A stretch of DNA of 63,196 bases, counting the filler, from Octopus bimaculoides (Eukaryota): the NCBI RefSeq assembly GCF_001194135.2. It is 5 parts of 5 records of this genome, joined end to end, with 100 filler letters (N's around TTAATTAATTAA, not from the genome) between each part and the next. Parts side by side here need not be neighbours in the genome. Positions count along the whole stretch, not along the records: positions 1 to 31,926 come from NC_068992.1; 4 more parts are not named here. One strand, 5' to 3'. A program made the position numbers and the translations under genes. Of this stretch, positions 12,536 through 26,480 are shown one piece after another (the first letter of the stretch is position 1; every line of letters begins with the position of its first letter). A model generated the notes under the pieces. It worked only from the letters and a program-made list of their open reading frames with translations, did not search any database and was not told the DNA's origin.

Positions 12536-14730
12536 ACAGCAACATTAACAACAACGACAATATTACCAACAACAAAGACACGTTCGCAGCAGCAGCAGAG
12601 AAAAAGACGCAACTCTTTACCGTGGATCTCACAAATACAGATGAGATGTTGACGCAGGCTGGGAAACTGATTAAACAAGAAAAAACTTGGGCCAATCTAA
12701 CTGTACGCTCAGAGGAAATTGAGACAGTAGAGAGGAGAACGGTACTTTTCAGATGCCGCTCAGCAGACACGAAAAAAGGGACCGTAATACCCGAAGTAGA
12801 TATTGGGGCGGCGTTGAGTCTCATCGCATGATATCGAGTACAGAGTGAGGGGCAAGTAATACGGTACTATTTCAGTCAGAAGCCCTCGCTATGAAACATT
12901 CATTGACCTCTTGGAAATCCAACAAAGTTATTATGAGCCTCTCTAGTATGGGCAAACGTACAGCACGTATTTTCTGGGATGCGTAATCGTGGAGAGGACG
13001 GATACTGCCCCGATAGAGATGACAAGAACTGCCAGGGAGGGCTGTTCCGGGGTTGACCTGGGGAGACTTTTCCAGATTAGATCCGAAAACATAAAAAAGA
13101 TTCGTCTCCAAAACGGGAGAGTGATACGTATCATAACTAAGGGCAAAAAGCCGCACTGTTTCGCGTTTGGAGAAGTGACACATTTGATAGCTCACAACTC
13201 CCAACTGGTACAAAATGCAAGAGTTCAATGACCGCCACAGATGCACCACAAACGAGTACCACAAACAATAGCAGCACCGACAAAACCAACAGCAACAATA
13301 CCAAAGACATTAACCACCCTAGGAGGTAACAAGGAAAGCTCTCCCAACCCCGTCACGCCAAGCAAAAATATACACATAAAAAAGGTTATAGACATACGCA
13401 GAGACCCAAACACAGAACAACATTCCACTCATCTTCCAGTAGTGAAGATGAAGGAAAACCAAAAGGTCCCAAAAGACAAAGAAAGAAAGAAAGCTCAAAA
13501 GAAAAATTCCATAAAGCATAACAACAAAAGCAACAAACAATACAGGCACCACCCACAGAAACATCAACATCAACACCAACACAACCAATACAATCACTAT
13601 CACCAGAATCTCCCAAACGCAAACAACCTAAACAAATAGAAGAACAAATACTCACACAAACATGTGAAATTGCAGACACCACACTCTCAGCAAACACAAC
13701 AGAAACAACATCACCACTACAGTCAAGCAAACAAATTAAACAACACCAACACAAAACACTCGACTTCCTACTCATCATAAGGGTCAACTAAGGACTGATG
13801 GCCCTCGTAAGAGAAATTATTGAATTTGAAACAAGGGAGTGATATTCGAATCGGAGGATATCGGAACCCCGAACGTGAGACCCACATCGAGGCTCTTAAA
13901 GGAGTTCCCATAAAAAGCCACATCTATGATGGAAGTCGAGCCACCCGACCTTAACAGGTACCGGTAGGTAAATAAACCTTTCCCCTCTCTCTTTAGCTTC
14001 CTAAAATGCCTATATTAAGAGTAGGATTTTTAAATCTTCAAGACCAGGGATTACCTTGGAAGCAAGGGCACCTGATCAACGACCTCAGGTACCTAGAATT
14101 GGATGTAATTGCGGTGAGCGAGACCAGGATTTCCAATACACGCGCGCCGGCTCCCATGTTTGACAACTATCAGATGCTTGCATGTTTGTCGGCTGAAAAT
14201 GGGGGGGGGNNNNNNNNNNTCAGATGCTTGCATGTTTGTCGGCTGAAAATGGGGGGGGGGGAGTGGCAGTGCTGTTTAGGAAAGAAATGGATCTCGAGGT
14301 ATGGTCAAGCTTCCGGGATCCGGACAGGAAGTTGGTGGTCCTAGACGTGAACAGTAGTGAAAGTAGTGTCTTTAGAATGGCGGCTCTGTACGCCACTACC
14401 GGAGCTAAACGCCCGGAATTCTTTAGGCGTCAGGAAGCCTTTCTAGTTACATCTCGCCCTTTACTGTCAGTAGAGAAGTGGATCGGAATTGTGTGGGAGT
14501 AGCTGATAGAAGAGGGTGGATGCTAAAGCCACGAGCGCCTGATCAGCCAGTTCCAACTGTCTGACAGGTACCGACAAGGTTTCCCTAATGCGTTAATGTG
14601 GGCCTGGACCAACCACTTAGGGTCATCTAGATCGTATATAGATAGGATTTACACTAGGAAAATAGATGGTGATAGTGTAGGATGACCACTATTTAAAACG
14701 GTCACCTGTTCAGACCCTAAACTTGTTATT
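12095..14730 (+). mobile_element. L1/Tx1-like non-LTR retrotransposon, 5' part (ORF1 + APE endonuclease of ORF2), decayed
   Basis: ORF1 probably starts at ATG 12108 (MAERVLKELRKK). It has an Asn/Ser low-complexity tract and the zinc-knuckle remnant GKKPHCFAFGEVTHL (13140-13190). ORF2 from 14006 has APE motifs FLNLQDQGL, DVIAVSETR, GGVAVLF, DPDRKLVVLDV, ALYAT and WAWTNHLGSSRSYIDRIY. No RT is seen before the gap at 14882. Confidence 0.85.
14006..14730 (+). pseudogene. LINE ORF2 apurinic-like endonuclease domain (disrupted)
   Basis: Track ORFs 14006-14344 and 14224-14502 join once the duplicated 40 bp around the 10-N gap is removed. Later motifs continue through stops and frameshifts. Confidence 0.85.
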
Positions 14731-15290
14731 TATACAGTCGTCCTAGATAAGACACGTAGGTTTGGACCCGGCTACTAGAAGCTGAGCATGTTTCTCGCAC
14801 ACTAAAAGGAACACAGAAAGAAACAAGGAGAGAAAAGAAAGAATGTGTAGTGGTTAGCGATCTATAATGTTGAATATATATNNNNNNNNNNNNNNNNNNN
14901 NNNNNNNNNNNNNNNNNNNNNNNNNNNNNNNNNNNNNNNNNNNNNNNNNNNNNNNNNNNNNNNNNNNNNNNNNNNNNNNNNNNNNNNNNNNNNNNNNNNN
15001 NNNNNNNNNNNNNNNNNNNNNNNNNNNNNNNNNNNNNNNNNNNNNNNNNNNNNNNNNNNNNNNNNNNNNNNNNNNNNNNNNNNNNNNNNNNNNNNNNNNN
15101 NNNNNNNNNNNNNNNNNNNNNNNNNNNNNNNNNNNNNNNNNNNNNNNNNNNNNNNNNNNNNNNNNNNNNNNNNNNNNNNNNNNNNNNNNNNNNNNNNNTA
15201 AGAAGTACAGCATAGACCACAAAATCAAATTAGCAAAGGGAAGCCTTGTATAAATTCTTGGTTTTCTAATACAAAACTGTTAATATTGAA

Positions 15291-15328
<38 letters not shown>

Positions 15329-17464
15329 CTTATATGAAATCTCAAGTATTCAGTTCAGTTGTTGCGAAGTAATGAATATATAATTACATCTGCTTAATGG
15401 TGAAACAGAAGATGGAATAAATAGCTTTTGTTTGCGTTTGATACAAATAGATTTTTTGAGTAATTTAGCTCGTTTAAGCTCTCGCATGAAAATGAAGAAC
15501 TGACAGCGTAATGTTCTCCGATATCGTGAGTGAGTCATCAGCGAAAAACTCTCAACCATTTATTTGTTCGAAGATATGTAATTTAATTCGGATCGCAACG
15601 TAGATAATGTTCATTTATTAAAATTAATTCAAATATTTACTCTTGAAAACGAAAACAAATAATTTGTTTAAGCCGATCTGTAGATATAAATAGCGAAGTG
15701 TAATATAATGCTACGTTCTCTTCTTAGATAATTGTCTGCTATTCGAAATTGTAAGCATGATATTCTGTTAGCTATTGAGTGAGCGATGTCCTTTCGACAA
15801 ATACCAGATTTCTTATTATGTAATAGGTAAAGTTTGTAAACATATTTGACTGCATTGTGCAAACAAAGTTAATTATCTTGTTTAAGTATAACATATGTCG
15901 GGAGACTGTGTAATTTCGCTCGCTTTACCGCAGCAATTTATCTCTTGGGTATGTATTATCAAAATCAACTATCTAATATAATATTGAACATCTACGTCAC
16001 GCAAATAATTCAAAATTTACTCAATGTCTTTGCGACATAATATATGAATATATATTCCATTCAAACTTTCGAAAAGTTGTAACAATATACTGGAGGTTAT
16101 CCAAAATATTGTATACCATAATAAATTTACTAACACTGTAAACAACACCAGTATATTTCCGGTTTTGTCCATATAGGCAGTATTACATTCCTTTACACAT
16201 TGTACCATGATTCTGCGGTTTAGAGTGGTGAGCTTTGTCTCTTTCATGGATCTGGTCTTTCTGTTAGTTGGAATAGATAATTGAAAATTAAATTAACACT
16301 TCTCGCACGACACAAAAGTCACTGATTTTCCAATTACTTGTATTTGACGAGATTTTCAACCTCCTTTGTTGCCAAATTGGCATCTATGAAACATGGCGTT
16401 AGCACGTAGTTAATATTGTAGTTAGAAGCTATCTTAGTATGGTTACGTATTACTTCACTTAATTATGTTAATCGATTACTTTTAATTACATGCTCCGGGT
16501 TATATCAATATGATTCTTTGCGTTGAAGAAGAGAAATGCTGAGAAGATGTTAGGCTATAAATTATAAGCCATACCTATTTGTGTTGTTATATTTATCAGT
16601 GGTTGATGTTAGTCTCTACCACGCTGGTAATTAATCAACCGACGCTTCAAACTGTCTAATTAAGAAGTAATGGTTGTGACTGGTATTTATAGAATTGCGT
16701 TTAGTGTCTTGTACCAAGACTAGATTTAGTTTATTATGGTGGTCAGTTTTTAAGATACCAATCTCAAACTTTATCAACCACAAACGTGAATATTAAACTG
16801 CGTAATAGTCTACGTTATCTCTGCATTACTGGATCGAAGAGAAGTTCAATTGTCTATACATATATTCTAAGTAGTAATTTGATGTTGTATTACACACCAA
16901 TGAAAAGGGCATGAAACCCGACTTGATTGCCTCTATGCTGCCGTTCAGAAACAGAGCTGGGGTTGATTTCCCTAAAATTACTCTGTAACCTCCTTTAAAA
17001 CAAAAGTCTCCGAAATGACGTAGCCTTAGGTATGTGAGAAGAACACGATTGAACGATCATTTACAGAGATACTTTTGATCTTAAGTCTAATTAAAGAAAG
17101 TTGCTTTAACACCAAATAAGATAATTAAAGAAGATAGAATGCCAGTGTACTTATAAGTCGGTTTTAATTAAGGAGAGCTCTATTTTCATTATACGGAGAT
17201 GAGATATAGAATGATTAATCTCAGCTGCTTTTGTCAGTAGCCGTCACTTTTCTGTAGTAACAATCTCTGAAGTAACAATCAGTATGTTTTGTTGCTAATC
17301 ATGTGTGGCCTGACGTAGGCAGATCAATATAGCATCTAAACTAGGTCGGTTGTATACCATTTGATATTTCCTGTCATTTGGAGAAGTGTGTTTGCATGCG
17401 GTATTGCAATATAAAAGTCAGATTCTGGAAATATATTCTGAATCTTGAGATACCATTTGTACCA

Positions 17465-17790
17465 TCATTTCTACCACCACCACCACCAACAACAACAACA
17501 AGGACAACAACACCACCACCACCAACAACAACAACAACAAGACAAACACCACCAACATTACCATCACCACCACCACCACCATGACCACCTACCACCAGAA
17601 TCACCGCAACACCACCACCACAATAACCATCGCCACCACCACCAACACCACCACCATCGCCACTACCACAAGCACTCCCTACCACCACCATCGCCAGCAC
17701 CACCCTACTACTACCACTACAACCACCACCATAACTACCACCACCACCACAACCACCACCACCACCACCACCACTACCACCACCACCTGT
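17465..17790. repeat. Compound (CCA)n/(CAA)n microsatellite
   Basis: Imperfect CCA/CAA/CTA runs; source of the poly-T/H/P ORFs. Confidence 0.95.
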
Positions 17791-17792
17791 TA

Positions 17793-18020
17793 CTGAACCC
17801 CTAAGTTACGGGGACGTAAAAACAACAGCACCCGTTGTGATGCGGTATTGGGGGACAAACGCAGACACACATAAATATATACAAACATTCAGTTTCCCTC
17901 AACCAATTCCACTCATAATGCTCCAAGGCTAGAGTACAAGACACTTGCCCAAGGTGCCAGGCAGTGGGGCTGAACCCGGAACAATGTGATTAGGAAGCAA
18001 GCTTCTCACCACACAGCCAC
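17793..18020 (-). mobile_element. tRNA-derived SINE (same family as 305-458)
   Basis: The reverse complement begins GTGGCTGTGTGGTGAGAAGCTTGCTTCC...GTTCCGGGTTCAGCCCC (A- and B-box-like). Confidence 0.8.
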
Positions 18021-19221
18021 AGCTGTGTGTGCATAAAATTTATTTCTGGAAGACAACTTATCGTTATTGCTTGTGATAGATTCTATTCCTGGCATCTTCT
18101 ACAAAGGATTTAACAGACGAAAATATACGAGTGATGGCGTGAAGCTTACGTAATAATAAATTTATAACAACGAGATGCGAATTTAAGAGTCTTCACGCAC
18201 TTCATACGCTTGGATCTGAAGCGAGAGATTATCAGTGTAAAGACGTTAAGACTTGAACACTAAATTCGTTTGTTAGGCGTTCTGGATGAAAAATGGATGA
18301 TACAATTTCATATTTACACAAATATATGCATAGACACAAACACACGCGCGCACATGCAGGTATATCGGCATAAAGAAATAGTGAGACAGGGACTGATAGG
18401 TATCTATCTATCTATCGATCTATCTATCTATCTATCTATCTATCTAGATAGATAGATAGATATCTTTTTATTATAGCCACACAGGGCTAAATACAGAAAA
18501 TGGACAAATTACAAAGTAGAGCTTTTGGGGGGGGGATGATTTGGATCAAAAGNNNNNNNNNNNNNNNNNNNNNNNNNNNNNNNNNNNNNNNNNNNNNNNN
18601 NNNNNNNNNNNNNNNNNNNNNNNNNNNNNNNNNNNNNNNNNNNNNNNNNNNNNNNNNNNNNNNNNNNNNNNNNNNNNNNNNNNNNNNNNNNNNNNNNNNN
18701 NNNNNNNNNNNNNNNNNNNNNNNNNNNNNNNNNNNNNNNNNNNNNNNNNNNNNNNNNNNNNNNNNNNNNNNNNNNNNNNNNNNNNNNNNNNNNNNNNNNN
18801 NNNNNNNNNNNNNNNNNNNNNNNNNNNNNNNNNNNNNNNNNNNNNNNNNNNNNNNNNNNNNNNNNNNNNNNNNNNNNNNNNNNNNNNNNNNNNNNNNNNN
18901 NNNNNNNNNNNNNNNNNNNNNNNNNNNNNNNNNNNNNNNNNNNNNNNNNNNNNNNNNNNNNNNNNNNNNNNNNNNNNNNNNNNNNNNNNNNNNNNNNNNN
19001 NNNNNNNNNNNNNNNNNNNNNNNNNNNNNNNNNNNNNNNNNNNNNNNNNNNNNNNNNNNNNNNNNNNNNNNNNNNNNNNNNNNNNNNNNNNNNNNNNNNN
19101 NNNNNNNNNNNNNNNNNNNNNNNNNNNNNNNNNNNNNNNNNNNNNNNNNNNNNNNNNNNNNNNNNNNNNNNNNNNNNNNNNNNNNNNNNNNNNNNNNNNN
19201 NNNNNNNNNNNNNNNNNNNNN

Positions 19222-19268
<47 letters not shown>

Positions 19269-21235
19269 GAGAGAGAGACAGGGAGATAGATTGATAGAGA
19301 GATAGAGTGAGAGAGAGAGAAATTAAAATATTTTCATACAATATGACTAATATAAACGTTTTCTCTTTTTTTACACACATAATTAGATGAAGTTCATGGG
19401 AGACATAGAAAGAGAAAGAAACAAAGTGAGAGGAGGGCGAAAGAGGTCAAGTAACACGGGAGCAACATTAAAACGTGTTTATCAAATACGTCAGCATCAG
19501 ATCAGCGAATCCAAATAGGCGGCGCCAAGACGGTTACGGCAAAATGTCTCAAACACTCCTGATATTTTATTTTCCATCGAGGATGGGCTAAGGCAAAATG
19601 ACTCGAGCACTCCTGGCATTATACTTTCCATTATGTGACTTGTATTTGAGTTTTTATTGTAGGGAAAAATTGGGAACATGTAATAATGAAGAAATATGTT
19701 GTAATCGTCTTTCAACTGCAGATTAGTCCTGATCGAACAGACATGGCTTGAAAATGTTCCAGTCGAAATCATTCTGTTGCTTTTTATATCCAGGACACAC
19801 GTTTCCAATGTATCCTAGCAATATTTTTAAAAAGGACAGTATGTGATATAATGGAAAATTTGCTCTCAATTCTATCGTGTCTAGTAACCGTATTCAAAGT
19901 CCCTTACTGCCACGCAATTTTGTAGGAGAAATAAGATGATTACACTATGTGTTATTACAATGAACTGGTATTGATTTCCTCTAACGTTTTTTTATTGCAC
20001 AACCATTTTCGCTAAAATAAAGACTACGACATTACAATAATTTAAACAAAGCTACTTGAATTTCTTTTAATAAGCTGATATCAATTTCATGTATTTCTAT
20101 TATAATTTGACCTTTAACACGTTTGTTATTCCTATAAAGTATATTCAGTAAACCGCTGTCTGTCTATTACTATTTCCATTACCATTTTTTTTTTGTTATG
20201 ACTCGCTATAGCTGTTATTTGTTTTGAGATCTGCTCTGTAGTATGATTAAATTAGATAGTCAAACAGTTAAAGAAATTACGAAAGCTCTTTATAATCTTG
20301 ATCTTTTTGCGTTATTCTTTGTAATATGATTCACTTTTAGAGACAGAGTTTGTGTATATGCCAATGATATCCATCTGTGTGTGAGGGCAATATTACAAGC
20401 AAATGATGTTAATATGACGGTACGTGATCTCTCTTCAATATAAGTCGTTGTCTTGTTTCTACACAAACTAGACAACTTACATTGAAGAGATGGCACGTAG
20501 CATAGGGGAGCGGATAGGCGACAGCCCAAATGGGAAATAAAGCTCTCCGTTCTCTACCAACATGCTCAATTAGAACATACTGGATCGGTTTAATAACATA
20601 GAGGTTAAGGTATTATCAACGCATAGAATACACACAATACTTAGATAAATTACAGAAGCCACACACATAGTGATAGACAGACCGAGCCTCAACAGAAAAT
20701 TCGAATGGAACAATAACACCCCTCACCAAACAAACACTACGCAACACGATGACTAAAGATAGAAGGAAAAGAAAAAGACTCAGACACAGTATAGTACAGA
20801 AACCTATATATACACACACAAAAGACACACATGCACATACTTATGATGAAATATAAGAAACAGAAATCCATAAGTAAATAAATGAAACAAGATTCAATAT
20901 AAAAGGTATGGATACAAGCAATATAGTAGGAACACATACAAAACACACATAGACACGCGTACACACGCACACACACTCACACACATGCATACAAATGCAG
21001 GCGTAGATAAGGATAGACATCAGAGAAAGACAGTATGGACTAAACAGAAGTTTGCATATTTAATTTATAGTATATTCGCACGCACGTACACACTCGCAAG
21101 CACATGAATCTCTAGATGCATAATGTCAGCGCATACAAACATGTATATGTATGTGCTTGTGTCTGTGTACGTTCGAGTGTGTGTAAATATATGTGTGTAT
21201 ATATGTTCGTATGTACATGTGTATGCATGTATACA

Positions 21236-21272
<37 letters not shown>

Positions 21273-21714
21273 ATGTGTTTCTGTGAACGTGAGCGTTTGT
21301 CTAAGTATGTATGAATCTCCCTGAAAAATTACTATTATCTTCAGTTCCTATTAAACGTGACATATTTGTCAAACAATGATATCCGTTGCGGCTCGTAACA
21401 TTTCTGATTATTCCAGGAAATATTCTTTAAAAGCACAGAATTCTTTAAAGAATATTTTCGAATAAATTAACGTTTCTAATGTAGTCTTTCTTAACTTGTT
21501 TTTCAAATTGATATTTATTGAAAAGGTATATATCCATTCTTCCTGTCATTCCTGTATTCTTAAGATTACTAAAACAACGATAAGAATATATTGTTTCCTT
21601 GACATACTGAAATCAATTTCCACTATGTTACAATGTCTGTATTCTTCCTCTCATTGACTATTGTCTCGATAATCTCACACAAAATGTTGTGTCATATCCT
21701 ATAATTTAATATTG

Positions 21715-21925
21715 GTTTCAGGGTTTGGCACAAAGCCAGCAATTACTTGTAAGCAGGTAAATCGATTACATTGACGCCAGCGCTCTACTCTTACTAATTT
21801 ATCGACTCCGAAAGCGTGCAAGCCAAAGTTGACCTCGGTGAAATTTGGAGTCAGAACGTAAAGACGGACGAAATGGCACTAAGCATTTCCTCCCGTGTGT
21901 TAACGATTCTACCAGTTCGCTGCCT
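21715..21925 (-). mobile_element. tRNA-derived SINE (second family; copies at 34.6-35.0 kb and 45.5-46.4 kb)
   Basis: Shares AAAGTTGACCTCGG..AATTTG..GTCAGAACGTA and ATCGATTACA with the other copies. Confidence 0.8.
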
Positions 21926-22932
21926 TTCGTACAACTTAATATTGATGGCGTTCTAAGGCTGCGGCTTGGCAGAAGATAACACCAAAGAGTTTGTTCTCGG
22001 TTGTCAAAAGCCTTATTGGTGATAAGAAACCATATGCCATCCTGAAAAAATTAATATACATCAACCTCCATATCACACAGTACATCACATGGCAGGCGAG
22101 TAATGACGGGATGAAACAAAGGTTTTGGTTGGTTCAACAACCTAAAGATATCTACGGTCTTCACAGCAACCAGTGTTGGTCCACATTTACAGATCCTGAT
22201 TGACTCAATGTATAATGATACAGAGTATGGCCCCCTATAGAAACCATTCTACATCCTGTGCTCTGTCTGCTAGGTTGTTCTCTATAATTGTTTTTTGTAT
22301 ATACTGACTCTTGAGTCACGACTGCAGAAAATAGAGAATTCAAGAAGCATTGTATGCGACCTCACTTGCAGAAAATGTGTGTAGAGTATGTACCCGTAAT
22401 ACTGTTGGCCACCAAGCGCATCGAATGGATCGGCATCGCATTTGCAGCATTACGAATGAAGAACAGAATCCACAATCAGCCACAGATGTCGGTGATTTAG
22501 CAACTTGGCATCTGAAGGAGCAGCTCCATGCCACACACTGACATCGTGAGTCGCTCGACGGATGAACAGGCTAAATCGCATGGGGTCTTATCTTGTCAAG
22601 ATCTCCAAGTAGGGAGGAACTGGAATGGACGTGATTAAGTGCTGGGTAGCCATCACATGTAGGATGTGATTTGACGAAGTTATCCTTGAAGAGTCAGGCA
22701 TATGTGGCGAACGCATGCATCAGTTACGTCATCCGTTAATGTCCGTTCGTCGTTCCTTGTTCTAGTTCTCGTCTGTCCACCTTAGAAGGTTTATCTTTAT
22801 CAGTTTCGTTCCACTGGGCATACTGTGGCTGATGAAGAAATATAGAGCTCTACAACAAAGGTGGACTTCAGGACGCAGTGTTGTAATATATACTAGTCAG
22901 AGAAAATTCGAACAAACAAAAGAAGTAATCAT

Positions 22933-22971
<39 letters not shown>

Positions 22972-25145
22972 GGGGTAGGTAGAGGTATGACGTGGAATAT
23001 GGGGTAAATATTGGTGAATGATATGGTGAGATTGAGACAGATTTGGGTTGTGAGAAATGTAGTCATAAGTAGGAAGAAAGTAATACAGGTGTATATGCGT
23101 CAGGGGAAATAATTAGTAGGAATGAGTGATAGCAAACAAAAGTAACGGTGTAATTAAAATACGATATAATAATATGTGCGTAAATGAAGCATCACTTGAG
23201 ACTAACGTATTAAAGACTTCTGGTAGCAAAGTAATACCGTCATTTTTGACGCTACTCGTTACATGTTATATTATAAAAGAGTAAATGGCAGAGAGATAAG
23301 TATAGACATTTTTGTGCTCATACACACACGCACACACACACAGACACACACACCACACAATGTCCTATACATGAAGATAATTTACATGCCATCATCCTAT
23401 ATAACTGTCTGCTTATGAGAAGAGAGACGCTCATTTAAAAAATTAAACAAATAGTATATATTTTCTTAGTTCATATCAGATTACTTAATATCTTTTAAGT
23501 ATTTAGGCATTAGAAATAGTTTAAAAACGTTAAGCGAAAAATAGAAGGTATTAGCGACAAAAACAAACCAACAACAATAATAATAAAACACATTCAACAA
23601 ATAACACACAACGATAATAAACGTTCAACTGTCTCCACTGTTAAACTAGAAAGCAAAAATAAAAACAATTAAACAAAAAATACAATGCTGCTGTAAAAAT
23701 ATCCGCTCATATCAATGATGAAGTGCTATTTTTCACTCGGAAACCTTTACGATCTTCTGCGCTTAATAATGATTGATGTTAGAAATATCTCACTTTCATT
23801 TGTTTTTTGTTCTGTTTTGTTTGTTTGGCTGTTTCTTTGCTTTCTTCTTCGTCTTATTATTACAGTTGTTTTTATTGTTGTTAGAATTTGTTTATGCTAT
23901 TTTTCGTGTCGTTGCTAGTGATGTTATTGTTTCTTTTGGAATAGAAATACTTGCTGGGTTTCTCATGCATGAACATTTTGCCATCGTCACCATGATGAAA
24001 AGTTATCATTTCTGTTATCGGTAAAATAATATTAACAACAATAACATTCATAAAGATAATAGCGTCATTTATTGTTATTTATTTATTTTTTTCAGATTTT
24101 TATTTGCCCCTACCCCATTCCGACCTCGTGTATACATACAATAAAACATATGCCAAAGAGTTACGAAACATGAGGGAATAAGAAGCAATGCAGAGGTATG
24201 CTTTTTGATTAAATGAAGGGTGAACAATTCATTGAATCATATTAAGTTACATTATAAATTAAAACAAATATATTGAGAAAAATATATATGCATGTATGTA
24301 TAAACACAATTTATTTTAACGAGATAGTTCAAAAGCAAGAAAAATCAATGGTATATCATCGAAATCTATTTGGTTCAGAATAACAAGTTCGGACAGAAAG
24401 CTTAACAAAAGTACAAACAAAACAATTTTCGTATCTGAGTCTGGTATATTCCTAAGAACTTCGTATATATTTCTCCGTTGGACGAGAAAATGAGTTTCTC
24501 CAGAATGGGTTGTTTCATTACAGGATATGATGCCAGTATGACCATCATAAATATTCTATTGTCTAAATACTTTAAACACAATTACGCTCTACATCCCTTA
24601 CCATACTATCCTTATATTCAATCAAAAATTCACCTTTGCTGCTGAGAAAATATTGATTGCTTTCAAGAGACAGAACTGAATTTCATGTCATCATTGATAT
24701 AGAGCCAGGTTTTTGCAAATTCATTGGTCTTTATGACCCTTGTATAAGGGATCACATTTTGCAATTTTTGAAATGTGTCCTACTCTTTCTGCAGCCCATG
24801 ATCTTTCAACTAGAAGTCGATGTTAATGGGAAGAAGTGATAGATTCCTGGTTATCGACTTACTGTCCTAAAAATGAGAAGAGTTTTCCACCTTACTTCTA
24901 AATAAACAGTATTGTTGACTGCGAATATCCTTCTGCTGAATTAAATATGTATTCTAAATCAAATTTGGTTTTTGCGTTGTCGATTTCATTTTCAATTTTT
25001 GACGGGTAATGACTATGTGGCAAAAAGACATTTAAAGTTGGATATAAACACAACAAATCTATGTTCCAAGAAGTTTCAGAGTAAATATTTCATCACGACT
25101 TTACCTGGAAAATTCCTACAATGTTTGACGAACAATCCCCCAAAC

Positions 25146-25197
<52 letters not shown>

Positions 25198-25540
25198 NNN
25201 NNNNNNNCTGGTCTTAATCAAAAGTCTGCAATTTCTTCTTAATTATGTATCTCGTCCTCATTTAGATTTTTCAGATTAGTTTTTTTTTTTAGTCCTAACA
25301 TAGGGGAGCAGTGCCATATTCTGTTATCGAACCACCATGTATGTAAGGCGCTCATTCGAGTAGGGTTCTATTTGAGCGCTTCTATTGGCGTTTATCTGAA
25401 ATCGTTCTACATCGTGTTCTTTGCAAATAATGGAATGGAACTGCTGAGACAAGAAGAGCACGGTGTTACACCACCGAACTCTTCATGTTTTATCTCTACA
25501 ACGATTCTGGTGTATGGGACACAGAAGATAAAGTGATAAA

Positions 25541-25790
25541 GTGGTAGTACCAATAGCTGTCGGAGCCCTGGGAAGAGTGAGTAAAAAGCTTGAGAAGTAC
25601 ATGGAACAAATAGGGAGCTGCAATAAGGGTGGAGCACTTGCATAAAACAGCACTGCTTGAAACCGCTCGAACACTCCGGGTGGTGCTCGAAAAATAAGGA
25701 GTGTTAGCTAAGCTCACTGGTAGTGAACAGCTGACACTGTAGTGCACCTCCAGCGTTAGAAGCTGTGCAAATACAATAGAATAATAATAA
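25541..25790 (+). mobile_element. 3' end of an R4/Dong-like (restriction-like endonuclease) LINE
   Basis: Translates with one frameshift to VVVPIAVGALGRVSKKLEKYMEQIG/AAIRVEHLHKTALLETARTLRVVLEK* (stop 25695-97). This matches the R4/Dong C-terminal pattern VPxxxGALG...QKxALLGTAxILR. A short 3' UTR and (AAT)n follow. Confidence 0.75.
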
Positions 25791-25846
25791 TGCTAATAAT
25801 ACTAATAATACAGATAATAATAATAATAATAATACTAATAATACAG

Positions 25847-25892
<46 letters not shown>

Positions 25893-25900
25893 CAACAACT
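25781..25900. repeat. (AAT)n microsatellite
   Basis: Imperfect AAT run directly following the LINE end. Confidence 0.95.
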
Positions 25901-26369
25901 ACTGATTGGGTGTGTTACATATTTTGTCTTGGTATAAAAGATGGACTACAGCAAATATTCTGCTCAAAACCATAATTTGTTTGTTAGATTCTTGACCAAA
26001 ACTAGTGGAGTATGTCCGTTATTGGCTCACGATAAGTGCGTCTCTCATCACGAACAGGAGCAGTTGGGGACCATCAAAATCAAGTACTGAGAAGGATTCT
26101 TTGGGGTTTGAATAATTCAGCCCCATTCATCATTCTTGAACAACCATTAATCAGGAACATTTTGAGCGGGATGGGTTACTCAACCTGAAGAGAATTCTTT
26201 CTGCGTCTCACCTGTTTATCTTGATATGAGATCATCATTTCGCGCACTTATCGTTGTGGTGCATATGCCTGGTAACCCCTTATCAAACGGATTGTCATGA
26301 CGTGTAGATTGGGTTTCGTATCTCAGTACTCCAGTGTCACTTTGATGGCATGCATTGCTCTCTCGCGCA

Positions 26370-26385
26370 TTGATAATGATGACGC

Positions 26386-26429
<44 letters not shown>

Positions 26430-26480
26430 TTGATGATGATGATGATGATGATGACGACGACGACGATGGTGGTGGTGGTG
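26370..26480. repeat. (GAT)n/(GGT)n microsatellite
   Basis: Imperfect trinucleotide run. Confidence 0.95.

Noticed and set aside
22680-22740. TTGAAGAG...GAACGCATGC hammerhead-like string
   Set aside because: GAAA is incomplete and the flanks are not complementary.
24400-25140. Coding-like non-repetitive stretch
   Set aside because: Stops in all frames and no recognisable motif.
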